A stretch of DNA of 63,150 bases from Syntrophobacteraceae bacterium (GCA_035624985.1 DASPQK010000307.1:1-63150), one strand, 5' to 3'; shown: positions 23,532 through 33,086, numbered from the stretch's first letter. Numbers and translations: made by a program. The notes: generated by a model not told the origin, from the sequence alone.

Positions 23532-26468
23532 GTGAGAAGGAAAAAAGGTTTTACCCTGATCGAGCTTATCGCGGTGCTGGTTATTATGGGCGTTTTGGCA
23601 TCGTTAGCCAGCGTCATAATTCCAAGGTATGTCAATTGTTATTTATTGGCTCGTGACGGGCAGTCTATAAGCCAAAAAGCTCAGATAGCATTGACGCGCA
23701 TCGGCCTGGAACTAAGGTCAATACTGACAGTCAGCGCGACGGCTTCCTCTCCTGCAAGTATCACATATACCAGGTTATCGAACAGCGCGACAAACCCGTC
23801 TTTATTTAATCAAATACTCGCCCTGTCAGGTAATACAATAACGCTGAACAGTAATGGTACTACTAATACTCTTCTCGATAATGCAAATAATTTCACTTTG
23901 ACATTCTATAAAGCCGGTTCGCAACAATGGGTATGCGGAACCGACCCTATTACGTTACTCTGTTATATCGTCATCAATTTAGGAGTGACTTGCAGCAATG
24001 GCGCTGTGGCCAACTTTTCGACGGCTGTCAGTTTGCGGAACAATGGAAGTACGGGAGGAGTTACGCCGCCAACCACTACGAGTCCACCTCCTTACAATCC
24101 GTGTTTTGTGGCAACCGCCGCTTTCGGTCGGGAAGACCATCCGGTTGTAGTAACCCTGAGAGAATTTAGAGATCGTTGTCTTCGCAACTGGTCTATGGGA
24201 AGGAGCTTTATCAAGGTCTACAATCAGATCGGACCGTACTTGGCCAATGCTGTCATGAATCGGCCATGGGCTTGCATTATGGCGCAGTTTCTGCTCTTTC
24301 CCATCGCCGGAACGGTTTTCTTTTTAGTTTATCTGCCTGCGGGACTGCCGGTGATTTTCATTATTTCCTGGGGGTTATTCAAATTCATCTCCCGTATATT
24401 TGCAAAGCTAAGGGAAACCCGCATCGAGATATTACCGGATGACAGGGGTTCCATGCTCATCGCGGTCATCGTGACGATAACCATCCTTGCAGTGCTTATG
24501 GCGGCTATGTCCACGTTTGTGGCAACCTCTTCGTTTTCTCAACTGGAGGGATACGCGTCCAGACAAGCCTATTACCTGGCTGAATCGGGTTACAGGTATG
24601 CAGCTTCCCAGTTCCTCAACGCCGGAGCCGGCTCAACGGGAGGAGCAAAGCAAGCCGCCAAATTTCAGGAACTTTCCGCCTTGAGCCAAGTGAACGGGAC
24701 ATCATCCGTAAAGCTTGGCGCCAACGGCGTGGACGGCAGCTTCTCACTTTCAGTGACCCCATATTTTTTGGTCTACAGCGCGAACTATTCGGCTGGAGCC
24801 AAATCCGTCCAGTTGACCTATCCGGGAAACACGCCCTCTTCAGGGTACAGCCTCCCTTCAACCGGGTCCTTCGATGTGAGCCTGCCCCCCAGTACAAACA
24901 CACCGGTCATCGTCGGATATAGTCAGAGCGGGAATACGTATACGATAACCAGTGGAAGCATCCCTGCCGTGCAGCAATACAACAGCGTTCGTTTTGTTAC
25001 AAACCCGGCGAGTGCAGGATCCATTACTCAGGGTGGCAATCTTACATTGGCGAATGCAGGACCGTTCCCTCCATTTAATGGAACTTTCAGAGTAAACTCG
25101 AATCCCAACTGGTATCAATATCAATCAAAATCAAACAATACGCTTCAAAACATAACGAGTACAAATGCTGCCAGTCCCGGAGCAGGGCTGCCCCTGACGG
25201 TTGCGAGCACTGACAATATAGTGTGCAATGAATTTGTGGAAATACAATCCACCGGCACGTCCCCAACCGGACTGACTCAAAAGGCATCCCGGTCGGTGCT
25301 CTACTATGCGCAAATCGGCCCCGTAAATATGGGTGGATCGTCGGGTTCGTCGGTTATCACAACCGGCACCTCAGGCAGTGCGGGCGTAGACACAATGGGC
25401 GGCGCCAGCCTGGGTTCGGACGCAAACTTCTCTACCTCCGGGGGCCTCCCCGTGGGAACCTCATCTTATACTACATCAAACGGCAATACCTATCTACAGA
25501 TGACCACGAACAACAGCAACGGCGGCTGGGGCGGATGGTGGTGGGATAATCAAAACGGCTGGTGGGCGCTCTTGCCGATAAGTTCCACGGACAATAACAA
25601 TCTTTCTAATTCTTTTGCTAACGGCAGCACCCATTTTTATGAAGCACAAATAAAAGTTTATACCAATTTAAATAACACTGCTCCATCTGATTATTTGGCC
25701 GGCATAAGCTTTAGAACTGCGGCATACTGGTCCTCATATTATGGTTATGGATTGTCATTTGCATATTTCCCGGGCAATCAGGGGTCGTGGTGGGGAAATT
25801 GGTTTGGCAACTATGGTATACCCAGTGGGTTAGTGCCAACGAGTCCTCAAGGCAACAACGTGACGGGCCAGCCCATCATTTTGCTATGGGAAAATACGGC
25901 GTACTTTGGATATCAATGGCTTGCGTATAAAGTACTTCCGCAAAGCCTTGTCAACAGCTCAACCGGTATTCAAAATTGGGCCACGCTACTGGTCAGCCTG
26001 GAGGAAGCCACACACAGTTCCGGTGGGAAATATAACCAAATCAGGGCCTACTACGGCACTACGGGGCAACAGGGAACCGGGCCCAATACCATCCCAACCG
26101 ACAACAACAGCGGCGCTAACCCGCTGGGGACCGCGAACTGGACGCCCCTGGACGCCACGGCAAGCGACTGGACCGCATCCGTGGATGATTTCACGCTCGT
26201 AAAGTGGGACTATGTCAACCCAAGTGGAAGCTCCACCCTGGCCCCATCCTCCGACTTGCCGAGCGGAGACTCCGCGGAGGCCGGTTGCGTTATCGAGGAT
26301 TCTACATTTGTGACATCTTCCAACGAAGCGCTTTATACCCCTGAAATCCTGTTGCATGTCGCCGGAAGCGGCAGCAGTTATAATTCGATCAGCATTGGTT
26401 TTGACGATTTCGCTATCTACGGTCCCACGGGCGCCAGTATCGCATTTATGAACCCCATCCAGCAATAA
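23532..26468 (+). CDS. Giant chimeric minor pilin: PilW/GspJ-like pilin + CFI-box-like membrane cassette + PilX-N-like helix + ~580-aa S/T/G/N/W-rich domain
   Basis: GTG 23532 after a GGAG RBS (ORF open from TTG 23508). RRKKGFTLIELIAVLVIMGVLASLA. Mid-protein CFVATAAFGREDHPVVVTLREFRDRCL plus two TM helices. RGSMLIAVIVTITILAVLMAAMSTF...YYLAESGYRYA. No in-frame stop over 2.9 kb. Confidence 0.7.
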   Translation: MRRKKGFTLIELIAVLVIMGVLASLASVIIPRYVNCYLLARDGQSISQKAQIALTRIGLELRSILTVSATASSPASITYTRLSNSATNPSLFNQILALSGNTITLNSNGTTNTLLDNANNFTLTFYKAGSQQWVCGTDPITLLCYIVINLGVTCSNGAVANFSTAVSLRNNGSTGGVTPPTTTSPPPYNPCFVATAAFGREDHPVVVTLREFRDRCLRNWSMGRSFIKVYNQIGPYLANAVMNRPWACIMAQFLLFPIAGTVFFLVYLPAGLPVIFIISWGLFKFISRIFAKLRETRIEILPDDRGSMLIAVIVTITILAVLMAAMSTFVATSSFSQLEGYASRQAYYLAESGYRYAASQFLNAGAGSTGGAKQAAKFQELSALSQVNGTSSVKLGANGVDGSFSLSVTPYFLVYSANYSAGAKSVQLTYPGNTPSSGYSLPSTGSFDVSLPPSTNTPVIVGYSQSGNTYTITSGSIPAVQQYNSVRFVTNPASAGSITQGGNLTLANAGPFPPFNGTFRVNSNPNWYQYQSKSNNTLQNITSTNAASPGAGLPLTVASTDNIVCNEFVEIQSTGTSPTGLTQKASRSVLYYAQIGPVNMGGSSGSSVITTGTSGSAGVDTMGGASLGSDANFSTSGGLPVGTSSYTTSNGNTYLQMTTNNSNGGWGGWWWDNQNGWWALLPISSTDNNNLSNSFANGSTHFYEAQIKVYTNLNNTAPSDYLAGISFRTAAYWSSYYGYGLSFAYFPGNQGSWWGNWFGNYGIPSGLVPTSPQGNNVTGQPIILLWENTAYFGYQWLAYKVLPQSLVNSSTGIQNWATLLVSLEEATHSSGGKYNQIRAYYGTTGQQGTGPNTIPTDNNSGANPLGTANWTPLDATASDWTASVDDFTLVKWDYVNPSGSSTLAPSSDLPSGDSAEAGCVIEDSTFVTSSNEALYTPEILLHVAGSGSSYNSISIGFDDFAIYGPTGASIAFMNPIQQ

Positions 26469-26540
26469 CGATTCGATTCGCAAGGGTTGCAGCAGGGGCG
26501 AAGCTGCAGTGGGAGTAAATTTTCGTGCAGGCTCTTTACT

Positions 26541-27767
26541 TCAGTGCGCCATCTTCGTCAGGTCCCACATAGGCATAAAAATGGCCAGAGCGAAGAAACC
26601 AACCACAGCGGCAAGCCCGACGATCAAGACCGGCCCGAGCGCCTCAGAGAGTTTTCCTATCGCGTAGGCGACCTCATCGTCGTAATGGATGGACACTTCC
26701 TTAAGCATCTCATCGAGACTGCCCGATTCCTCGCCGACAGCAACCATGTTGATCACCATCGGAGTAAAGTACCTGGCGGAACTGAGAGGCCCTGCTATCC
26801 CTCGGCCTTCTTCGACGAGGGTTCTGATCTTTTCGAATTCCAGCGCGATGGCCCTGTTGCCCAAAGCGCCTGCCAGCACCTTCAAGGCATCGAGCACCGG
26901 TACGCCGCTGGCTTGGAGTATGGCAAAAATACTTGCAAACCGCGACATCGCGGCCTTGATGAAAAGAGGGCCGAAGACCGGAAGTCTCAGAATCAGGGCA
27001 TCCTTGAGATATCTCCCGCTCTCGGTCCTGAGGTAACGGGACAATCCGAAGAACAAGGCTGCGAAACCGATCAGCCCGAAGTACCAGTAATTGTGGATAA
27101 AAGCGTACAAGTCCATGCATATGACCGTGGGAAGCGGAAGCTTCAAATTCGCGGCCTTGAAGACACCGGCAAATTTGGGGATAACGAATGTGAGCAAAAC
27201 GAAAAACGCGACGGCCAAGGCGACGCAAACCATTATTGGATAGTGGAGGGCGGACATGATATCGGATTTTACCTTGTGTTCGTGCTGAATAATCCGAATG
27301 AGGCGATCGAGCACCTCCGGAACGGCCCCGCTGGTTTCGCCGGCGCGCACCATGCTGCAATACAGTGAAGAAAAGGTGTGGGGATGTTTCCTGAAGCAAT
27401 CGTAAAGCGTGGCGCCCTGCCTGATGTCCTCCCTCATGACCGCTGCGATTTTCTTGAGCTTGAGATTTTCAGTCTGATTTTCCAATACCTGGAGGATCGT
27501 GAGTATCGGGACGCCCGCCTTGAGCAGTGTCCTGAATTGCTTGGTGAAAAGGATCAGCTCCGGCGGCTTTACCTTGGTGAGCCGTTCCTGGAGATCATTC
27601 AGGGGCGAAGCCGAAGTGCCCCCATGCTCCTTGCCCGGCGCTACTTTCAAAGGTATAAGCCCTCGCGCCAGGAGCATATTCACGGTAGAATCCACCGAAT
27701 CGGCATCCAGCGATCCGGTAATGCTAGCCCCTGTTTCGGTTGTAGCTTCGTAACTGAATTTGGGCAT
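26541..27767 (-). CDS. pilC: Type IV pilus platform protein PilC (GspF family)
   Basis: Two T2SSF repeats. 408 aa. Typical three-TM layout. Adjacent to pilB. Confidence 0.92.
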   Translation of the reverse strand: MPKFSYEATTETGASITGSLDADSVDSTVNMLLARGLIPLKVAPGKEHGGTSASPLNDLQERLTKVKPPELILFTKQFRTLLKAGVPILTILQVLENQTENLKLKKIAAVMREDIRQGATLYDCFRKHPHTFSSLYCSMVRAGETSGAVPEVLDRLIRIIQHEHKVKSDIMSALHYPIMVCVALAVAFFVLLTFVIPKFAGVFKAANLKLPLPTVICMDLYAFIHNYWYFGLIGFAALFFGLSRYLRTESGRYLKDALILRLPVFGPLFIKAAMSRFASIFAILQASGVPVLDALKVLAGALGNRAIALEFEKIRTLVEEGRGIAGPLSSARYFTPMVINMVAVGEESGSLDEMLKEVSIHYDDEVAYAIGKLSEALGPVLIVGLAAVVGFFALAIFMPMWDLTKMAH

Positions 27768-27927
27768 TTTACACCTTCAGTCAAGACTGTCACCTGTGTG
27801 TTATCTTTTTGACGCAGAACCGCCTACCTCGAACGCAACCTTTCACCACGAAGAGCAGAAACGAAAACACTTGATCGTGTTCCCACTGTACGGACTGCCA
27901 AGTTTCCTTCGCAGTTAACGGTCACAC

Positions 27928-29640
27928 TCATACCAGGATCGCCGAGATGGCCTCCTCGAAGGTGGTCAATCCCTGTATGACCTTGCTTATAGCATCATCC
28001 CTCAAGGTCCGCAGCTTCCCCGCCTTTACGGCAGCCTTGGTAATCTCGGGCGCCGAGGCCCTCTTGAGGATCATATCCTGTATCGTATCGTCGTTTAAAA
28101 GTATTTCGAAAATGCCGATTCTTCCCTTGTAGCCGGTATTCATGCAATTGAAACAGCCCCTGCCGCGAAACCAGGTGATGTTTTCCGTATTTTCCAGGCC
28201 GAACCGCTTGATGAGGTCCCCGGGTGGATCGTAAGGGGCTTTGCAGTACTGACAAACGGTCCTGACAAGACGCTGCGCAAACGATATGAGAAGAACGGAG
28301 GCGACAAGAAAAGGTTCTATCCCCATATCTATGAACCTTGTGATCGCCCCGGCAGCATCGTTGGTGTGGACAGTGCTGAGCACCCGGTGACCGGTCATGG
28401 CGGCCTGAACCGCGATGCTGGCCGTCTCCGAATCACGGATTTCGCCCACCAGGATGATATCCGGGTCTTGACGCAGGATTGCCCTCAGTCCACTGGCAAA
28501 GGTCATTCCTGCTCTGCGGTTCAGTTGAATCTGGCGGATCCTTTCAACGCGGTACTCCACCGGGTCTTCCAGCGTTATGATGTTCACATCCGGGCTGTTG
28601 AGGTTTCGAAGGATTGCGTAAAGGCTCGTGCTCTTGCCGCTCCCCGTTGGACCGGTGCTCAGGATCATCCCGTAGGGCTTCCTAATTCCACTTTCAATGC
28701 GCTCCCTATCCTCTGCGGACATGCCAAGACGGTCTAGCGTGTAGTTGCCGGCGCTCATGTCAAGGAGGCGCAAGACCAGGTTCTCTCCATGAATGGTCGG
28801 TAAAGTGGAAACCCTTATGTTTATTTCCTTGTTCTCCATCCTGACGGTAAACCGTCCGTCCTGCGGGACCCTTAGCGTGGCAATATCCATCCCGGCAAGG
28901 ATTTTCACTCGCGAGACGATGGGCATCAGCATGGACTTGGGCGGGGCCGGCATCTCGTGCAACTTGCCGTCTATGCGGAACCGGACCGAGGAGGAAGCAT
29001 GTTCGGGACTGATGTGAATGTCGCTGGCCCCTTCCCGAACCGCCTGAGAGACGATGCTGTTGACCAGGCGGATGACCGGAGCTTCGTCAGCCATATCCTT
29101 GAGGGTGCTGACCTGGAGGTCCTGGCTTTCGCGCTCTTCCGGAGTTTCGGAGGTATCCTTGTCAATCTGCACTTCCTCGATGGTTTCCAATACATTGCCA
29201 AGCCCTGTCTGCATCCCGTACATGCTGTTCCGCAACTGGTTCAGCACCCTCTCGGTGCAGATCACGGGTTCCACCTCGAGATTAGTGGCCACCTCAATTG
29301 CATCCAGCGCCTCAACGTCCATCGGATCGGTCATACCGACGGTCAGTAGCCTGCCTTTTTTCCGCAAAGGAACGCTCTGGTGCCTCATCGCCAGATCGAA
29401 TGAAATTGTGTCGGCCAATTGTAAATCCACTGGGAAATCGCCGGGATGGTATTTCTCTATGTCGAGCTGACGGCTCAACATGTCTATAATCAGTCCCTCG
29501 CTGACAATCCCTTGCCGGATCAGGAACTGTCCTAGCTTCAAACCGGATTTCGCCTGCTCGGCCAAGGCCGCCTTCAGTTGCTCCTCACTCAAAAGCCCGG
29601 CTTCGAGGAGCATCTCTCCAAGTCTCTTCTTAATTTTCAA
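27928..29640 (-). CDS. pilB: Type IV pilus assembly ATPase PilB (GspE family)
   Basis: MshEN-type N-domain (LGEMLLEAGLLSEEQLKAALAEQ), Walker A GPTGSGKST, tetracysteine CQYC...CFNC motif. Confidence 0.93.
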   Translation of the reverse strand: MKIKKRLGEMLLEAGLLSEEQLKAALAEQAKSGLKLGQFLIRQGIVSEGLIIDMLSRQLDIEKYHPGDFPVDLQLADTISFDLAMRHQSVPLRKKGRLLTVGMTDPMDVEALDAIEVATNLEVEPVICTERVLNQLRNSMYGMQTGLGNVLETIEEVQIDKDTSETPEERESQDLQVSTLKDMADEAPVIRLVNSIVSQAVREGASDIHISPEHASSSVRFRIDGKLHEMPAPPKSMLMPIVSRVKILAGMDIATLRVPQDGRFTVRMENKEINIRVSTLPTIHGENLVLRLLDMSAGNYTLDRLGMSAEDRERIESGIRKPYGMILSTGPTGSGKSTSLYAILRNLNSPDVNIITLEDPVEYRVERIRQIQLNRRAGMTFASGLRAILRQDPDIILVGEIRDSETASIAVQAAMTGHRVLSTVHTNDAAGAITRFIDMGIEPFLVASVLLISFAQRLVRTVCQYCKAPYDPPGDLIKRFGLENTENITWFRGRGCFNCMNTGYKGRIGIFEILLNDDTIQDMILKRASAPEITKAAVKAGKLRTLRDDAISKVIQGLTTFEEAISAILV

Positions 29641-29675
29641 TTTCCACTCCCGGTTTTTGAATTTGTGCTCAGGCG

Positions 29676-30260
29676 CTACCCGATTCTCAATAGTGACGCA
29701 AGTAGCTCTTCAGAGATCCGTTCTCTAAAATTCGCACCAATTTCAGTAACACTGGAATGTCTTCTGACTCTGCGCGTTATGCACATTAGTTTGATCACAT
29801 TACCGAAAGAGGCATGCTTGGTTAAATAGAATTCTTGTGGAAACGATTCCATAATAACGGGTACGATACATCCAATTCCTTTTAACGATACATCCAAAAT
29901 GATACTGGGATATTCTACTATTCCAATCTCTCTTGCTATTCCAATCTGCATTATATTATAGACCAAATTCCTTGATGATTGCCTGTAATCTTTACCAGTG
30001 TGGTCGAGTGAAATATGGATAGAATCGTCTTCGTCGATTTCGTCAGTAGTGCAATAATCACACTCTGCCCCGAATACCGATAGACATGCTTCATGGAATC
30101 TTATGTAATCTGCGTTAGAACACAGAGCCATTCCTGGTGTCTTTTCAGATTCTCCCAAGAAAAACCGGCAGATGACACTACAGCACCGAGCGGAATGCGG
30201 ATCGCTGGCGGCGGTCTTCTCATCGCCACAGATCTCCCTTACCATTTTGTTGTAATCCAT
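29676..30260 (-). CDS. PilZ-domain protein with Cys-rich N-terminal region
   Basis: ATG 30260 after a GGGGAG RBS. RxxxR (YRQSSRN) and DxSxxG (DVSLKGIG) c-di-GMP motifs. N-terminal ~80 aa carries 8 Cys. Visibly more AT-rich than its neighbours. Confidence 0.6.
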   Translation of the reverse strand: MDYNKMVREICGDEKTAASDPHSARCCSVICRFFLGESEKTPGMALCSNADYIRFHEACLSVFGAECDYCTTDEIDEDDSIHISLDHTGKDYRQSSRNLVYNIMQIGIAREIGIVEYPSIILDVSLKGIGCIVPVIMESFPQEFYLTKHASFGNVIKLMCITRRVRRHSSVTEIGANFRERISEELLASLLRIG

Positions 30261-30694
30261 TCCGATTCGCTCCCCAGTTTGTCGGTCTAACTTCCATTCA
30301 TTGTGATGGAGCCAAACAATCATTACACACCGTGGTCCCACCGCCCCACAACCACTCGCCAATGCAAGGCAACGGGTTACGATGCAAAGATGAAGCCAAT
30401 GTGAAGACAAGCAAGAGCCGAGCAGACGAAATTTCCGCTCAGAACTCCTGAATATGCAATAACCCTAGATGTCTGAAAACTTCACCACCCGGCAGGCGAG
30501 GCTTCCAGTTAGACTGAAACATCAACGGTTACGGATCGGGCTTACGATCACCGTTGGCAACATGAACTATTTTTGTCTTTACCTCGGCTTCTCTGCGGCT
30601 CGGCGTGCGCCGTGGGCTGTATATTCACCTGTTGACCCCAAGAGATCGCAGATTGTTGATGTAATGTTTAGATTGTTGAAGGAGGTGACGTAAG

Positions 30695-31189
30695 ATGGCT
30701 GCTTCAACAGGAATTCAGTTGGCTGAAAGCATTCGGCATAAGAAGGAAGAATTGAAGAAAGTGTGTGAAGGGGTCGATGAAAGCACGGCTACTCGCGCCC
30801 CATCGGGGCGATGGTCGCCGAAAGAAATCCTCTCACACCTTTGGGGGCCGGAAGGATTGGGCCATCTGCCTATCCTTCAAGCTTACCTGGACAAGGATAC
30901 GCCCAGAATTGACATCTATCCCGGAAACTCGTTTTTCTCTAAGAGCCGCGCCCGGATGAGCTTTGTCCAACTCCTCTCGGAAGTCGAAAGAGAATACGAC
31001 GGAATATGCAAGTTCGCGGAGGGTTTATCCGTGGAGCAGCTGGACCGTAAGGCGCATATTCCCCAGCTCAGAGATTCACCCATTGGAGAATATCCGACGC
31101 TGGAAAGCCTGCTCAGCGCCCTGGGAAGTTTCCACCTTCAATTTCACATCGAGCATATGCGCGAAATTTTGCAGGCCCTCTCAGGCTGA
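30695..31189 (+). CDS. DinB-superfamily (DinB_2-like) metalloenzyme
   Basis: Strong [21 protein letters not shown] and HIEHMREIL histidine motifs of the four-helix DinB fold. Confidence 0.6.
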   Translation: MAASTGIQLAESIRHKKEELKKVCEGVDESTATRAPSGRWSPKEILSHLWGPEGLGHLPILQAYLDKDTPRIDIYPGNSFFSKSRARMSFVQLLSEVEREYDGICKFAEGLSVEQLDRKAHIPQLRDSPIGEYPTLESLLSALGSFHLQFHIEHMREILQALSG

Positions 31190-31238
31190 GGGAAACTATT
31201 GCCGGCAGTCCCAGAGGGTTGGCCGTTTTTCAAACATA

Positions 31239-32081
31239 TCAATCGCCTATAAAACGATGGGCCGGCAAAGTATCCTCCCTGTCCAGGTCTGATGGTTTCC
31301 ACTCTTTGGCCAAGCGTTGGGCCTCTGCAATCTGGGGTGGTGTCATTTGCGGGGCGATTACATCTATGCGGCTTTTTGCGTCGGAATCGTCCTTGGCGGC
31401 GGCCAGTTGAAACCACATGTAAGCCGACTCGAAGTCCTTGGGTACGCCGTCACCTTTTTCGTAAGCTACTCCAAGATTATATTGTGCTTTGACATATCCT
31501 TTCGCCGCCGCTTTGCGGAACCATTTGACAGCCTCTGCAAAGTCCTGGGGCACGCCATCCCCTCTGGCATACATTAATCCCAAATTACATTGCCCCATGG
31601 CATAACCCTGTTCAGCCGCCCTGCGGTACCATTTTACAGCTTCGGCTTTGTCCTGTGTAACGCCTTTACCTAGGCTATACAGCAATCCCAAGTCGCATTG
31701 GGCCTCGGCAATTCCGTGTTCAGCCGCCCTGCGGTACCATTTCACAGCCTTAAGATAGTCAGGCGGTATGCCGATGCCACCGGCATACTTGAGGCCCAAA
31801 GCGAGTTCGGCCCTGTCAAAATCCTGCTCAGCCGCCTTGAGATACCACTTCATAGCTTCCGTCTGGCTGGGGGGGACACCCTGGCCAAGGTCGTACATAA
31901 CCCCCAAATGAAGTTGGGCCTGAGCATTGCCTTGATCGGCCAAGACCTTGAACTCTTTAAAAGCTTCCGAATAAGCCCCTTTTTCGTAAGCCGCCACAGC
32001 TTCATCAAGACCGGCACGAGCCTGGCAAACCAGCCACAGGGACAAAAAAACCGTCAACAAAAACATATGCCCTACGCGCAT
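31239..32081 (-). CDS. Secreted Sel1-repeat (TPR-like) protein
   Basis: Signal peptide, then about 6 repeats of G.A.AQ..LG.MY..G.GV..D...A.KWY.KAA. Confidence 0.85.
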   Translation of the reverse strand: MRVGHMFLLTVFLSLWLVCQARAGLDEAVAAYEKGAYSEAFKEFKVLADQGNAQAQLHLGVMYDLGQGVPPSQTEAMKWYLKAAEQDFDRAELALGLKYAGGIGIPPDYLKAVKWYRRAAEHGIAEAQCDLGLLYSLGKGVTQDKAEAVKWYRRAAEQGYAMGQCNLGLMYARGDGVPQDFAEAVKWFRKAAAKGYVKAQYNLGVAYEKGDGVPKDFESAYMWFQLAAAKDDSDAKSRIDVIAPQMTPPQIAEAQRLAKEWKPSDLDREDTLPAHRFIGD

Positions 32082-32144
32082 TGATTACTCCTTAAGCCGG
32101 AATACGAAGTTTGGAAGGCGGTTTGTCGCATAAATCAGGTGGGA

Positions 32145-32175
32145 TGCCGAAGGCCGGACTCGAACCGGCACGGGT
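32145..32175 (-). repeat. 31-bp duplicate of the 3' end (T-arm + acceptor 3' strand) of tRNA-Leu(GAG): putative distal att site
   Basis: tgccgaaggccggactcgaaccggcacgggt is identical to 36494-36524. No D-arm, anticodon arm or 5' acceptor strand follows. Confidence 0.85.
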
Positions 32176-32422
32176 TCGGCCACATAAGGCTTTGCCGGAG
32201 TAACGGACCAAAATCGGACCAAGAGAGTGCTTTTGAGGGCGGAGTTGGACGCGCGAAGCGTGAACAGTATGTAGGATTAGAATCGCCGGTACTGAAGCGG
32301 AACTTCGTAAATCGAAGCGACAGGAGCGGCTCTCCGACATCACCGGCAAGAGCGCTACCGGAGAAAGGGCATTTTGAAGCTGCACCAAGTTTGCACCCCA
32401 TGAGATTGGCGCACCCTTGTGT

Positions 32423-32743
32423 TCAGGGGTGTAATTCATCCTGGACAGGCGGGCGCGTCCGGAAGGTCACATGTACTTCAACATCCTCATTGAGTTTTCC
32501 GAGTATTGTGATCATGCGGTCGAGCGTAAAGCGCCCCAGTTTAGCATTGCGGATACGCGAAAACTCCGAATGAGAAACACCCGTTAGTCTTTCAGCTTCA
32601 CGTGTTGACAGATGGCGCTCGTCAAGGGTGCGTATGATCTTGGCGGCAAGAATGGCGCGGGCCTGTTCAATATCGGCATTCACGCGGCCAAAGTCACGAA
32701 AAGCATTGCCGCTGCCGCGAATGATTTCAAAATCGTCGTTCAT
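32423..32743 (-). CDS. XRE-family HTH antitoxin (partner of Gp49/HigB-type toxin)
   Basis: LSTREAERLTGVSHSEFSRIRNAKLGRFTLDRMITIL HTH. ATGA overlap with the upstream toxin reading frame. Confidence 0.75.
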   Translation of the reverse strand: MNDDFEIIRGSGNAFRDFGRVNADIEQARAILAAKIIRTLDERHLSTREAERLTGVSHSEFSRIRNAKLGRFTLDRMITILGKLNEDVEVHVTFRTRPPVQDELHP

Positions 32744-33086
32744 TGCAGGACCTCCTTCAAACGTTTCAGCCGGTCGCGGATAAGGTCAACCTCCATCTTC
32801 GGCGTTTTAATTCCGGCCTTGGATTTCTTTTGAAAGGCGTGAATAACCCAAAGATCATTACCGATCTTAACGGTGTAGATCACCCTGAATGCATCACCTC
32901 GATGCTCAATCGCGATTTCGAACACGCCGCCGTCAACGCCCTTGACAAGGGCTTGGCATTGTCCGATTTGTCGCCCTCGGCGGCTATTGTGAGGGCGCTT
33001 AGCATGTAGCCTTGCACATCTGCGGGAAATTCTTCGAAATCCCGTCGTGCCGCTTTGATCCATGAAATAGGCCGCGTGTTTCTCAT
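32740..33086 (-). pseudogene. Gp49-like (PF05973-type, HigB/RelE-fold) toxin, disrupted by a 1-nt frameshift
   Basis: N-terminal half MRNTRPISWIKAARRDFEEFPADVQGYML...NAKPL is in one frame. C-terminal half VKGVDGGVFEIAIEHRGDAFRVIYTVKIGNDLWVIHAFQKKSKAGIKTP is in another. The frames switch around 32945-32955. Confidence 0.7.

Noticed and set aside
32145-32422. Possibility that the tRNA-like sequence at 32145 belongs to a functional tRNA, an intron-containing tRNA-Leu, or a tmRNA.
   Set aside because: No GCCGAAG 5' acceptor strand (cttcggc on the plus strand), D-arm or anticodon arm occurs anywhere in the next 300 nt. The acceptor sequence is not the G-U-containing alanine type required for tmRNA. 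It is best explained as an att-site duplicate.
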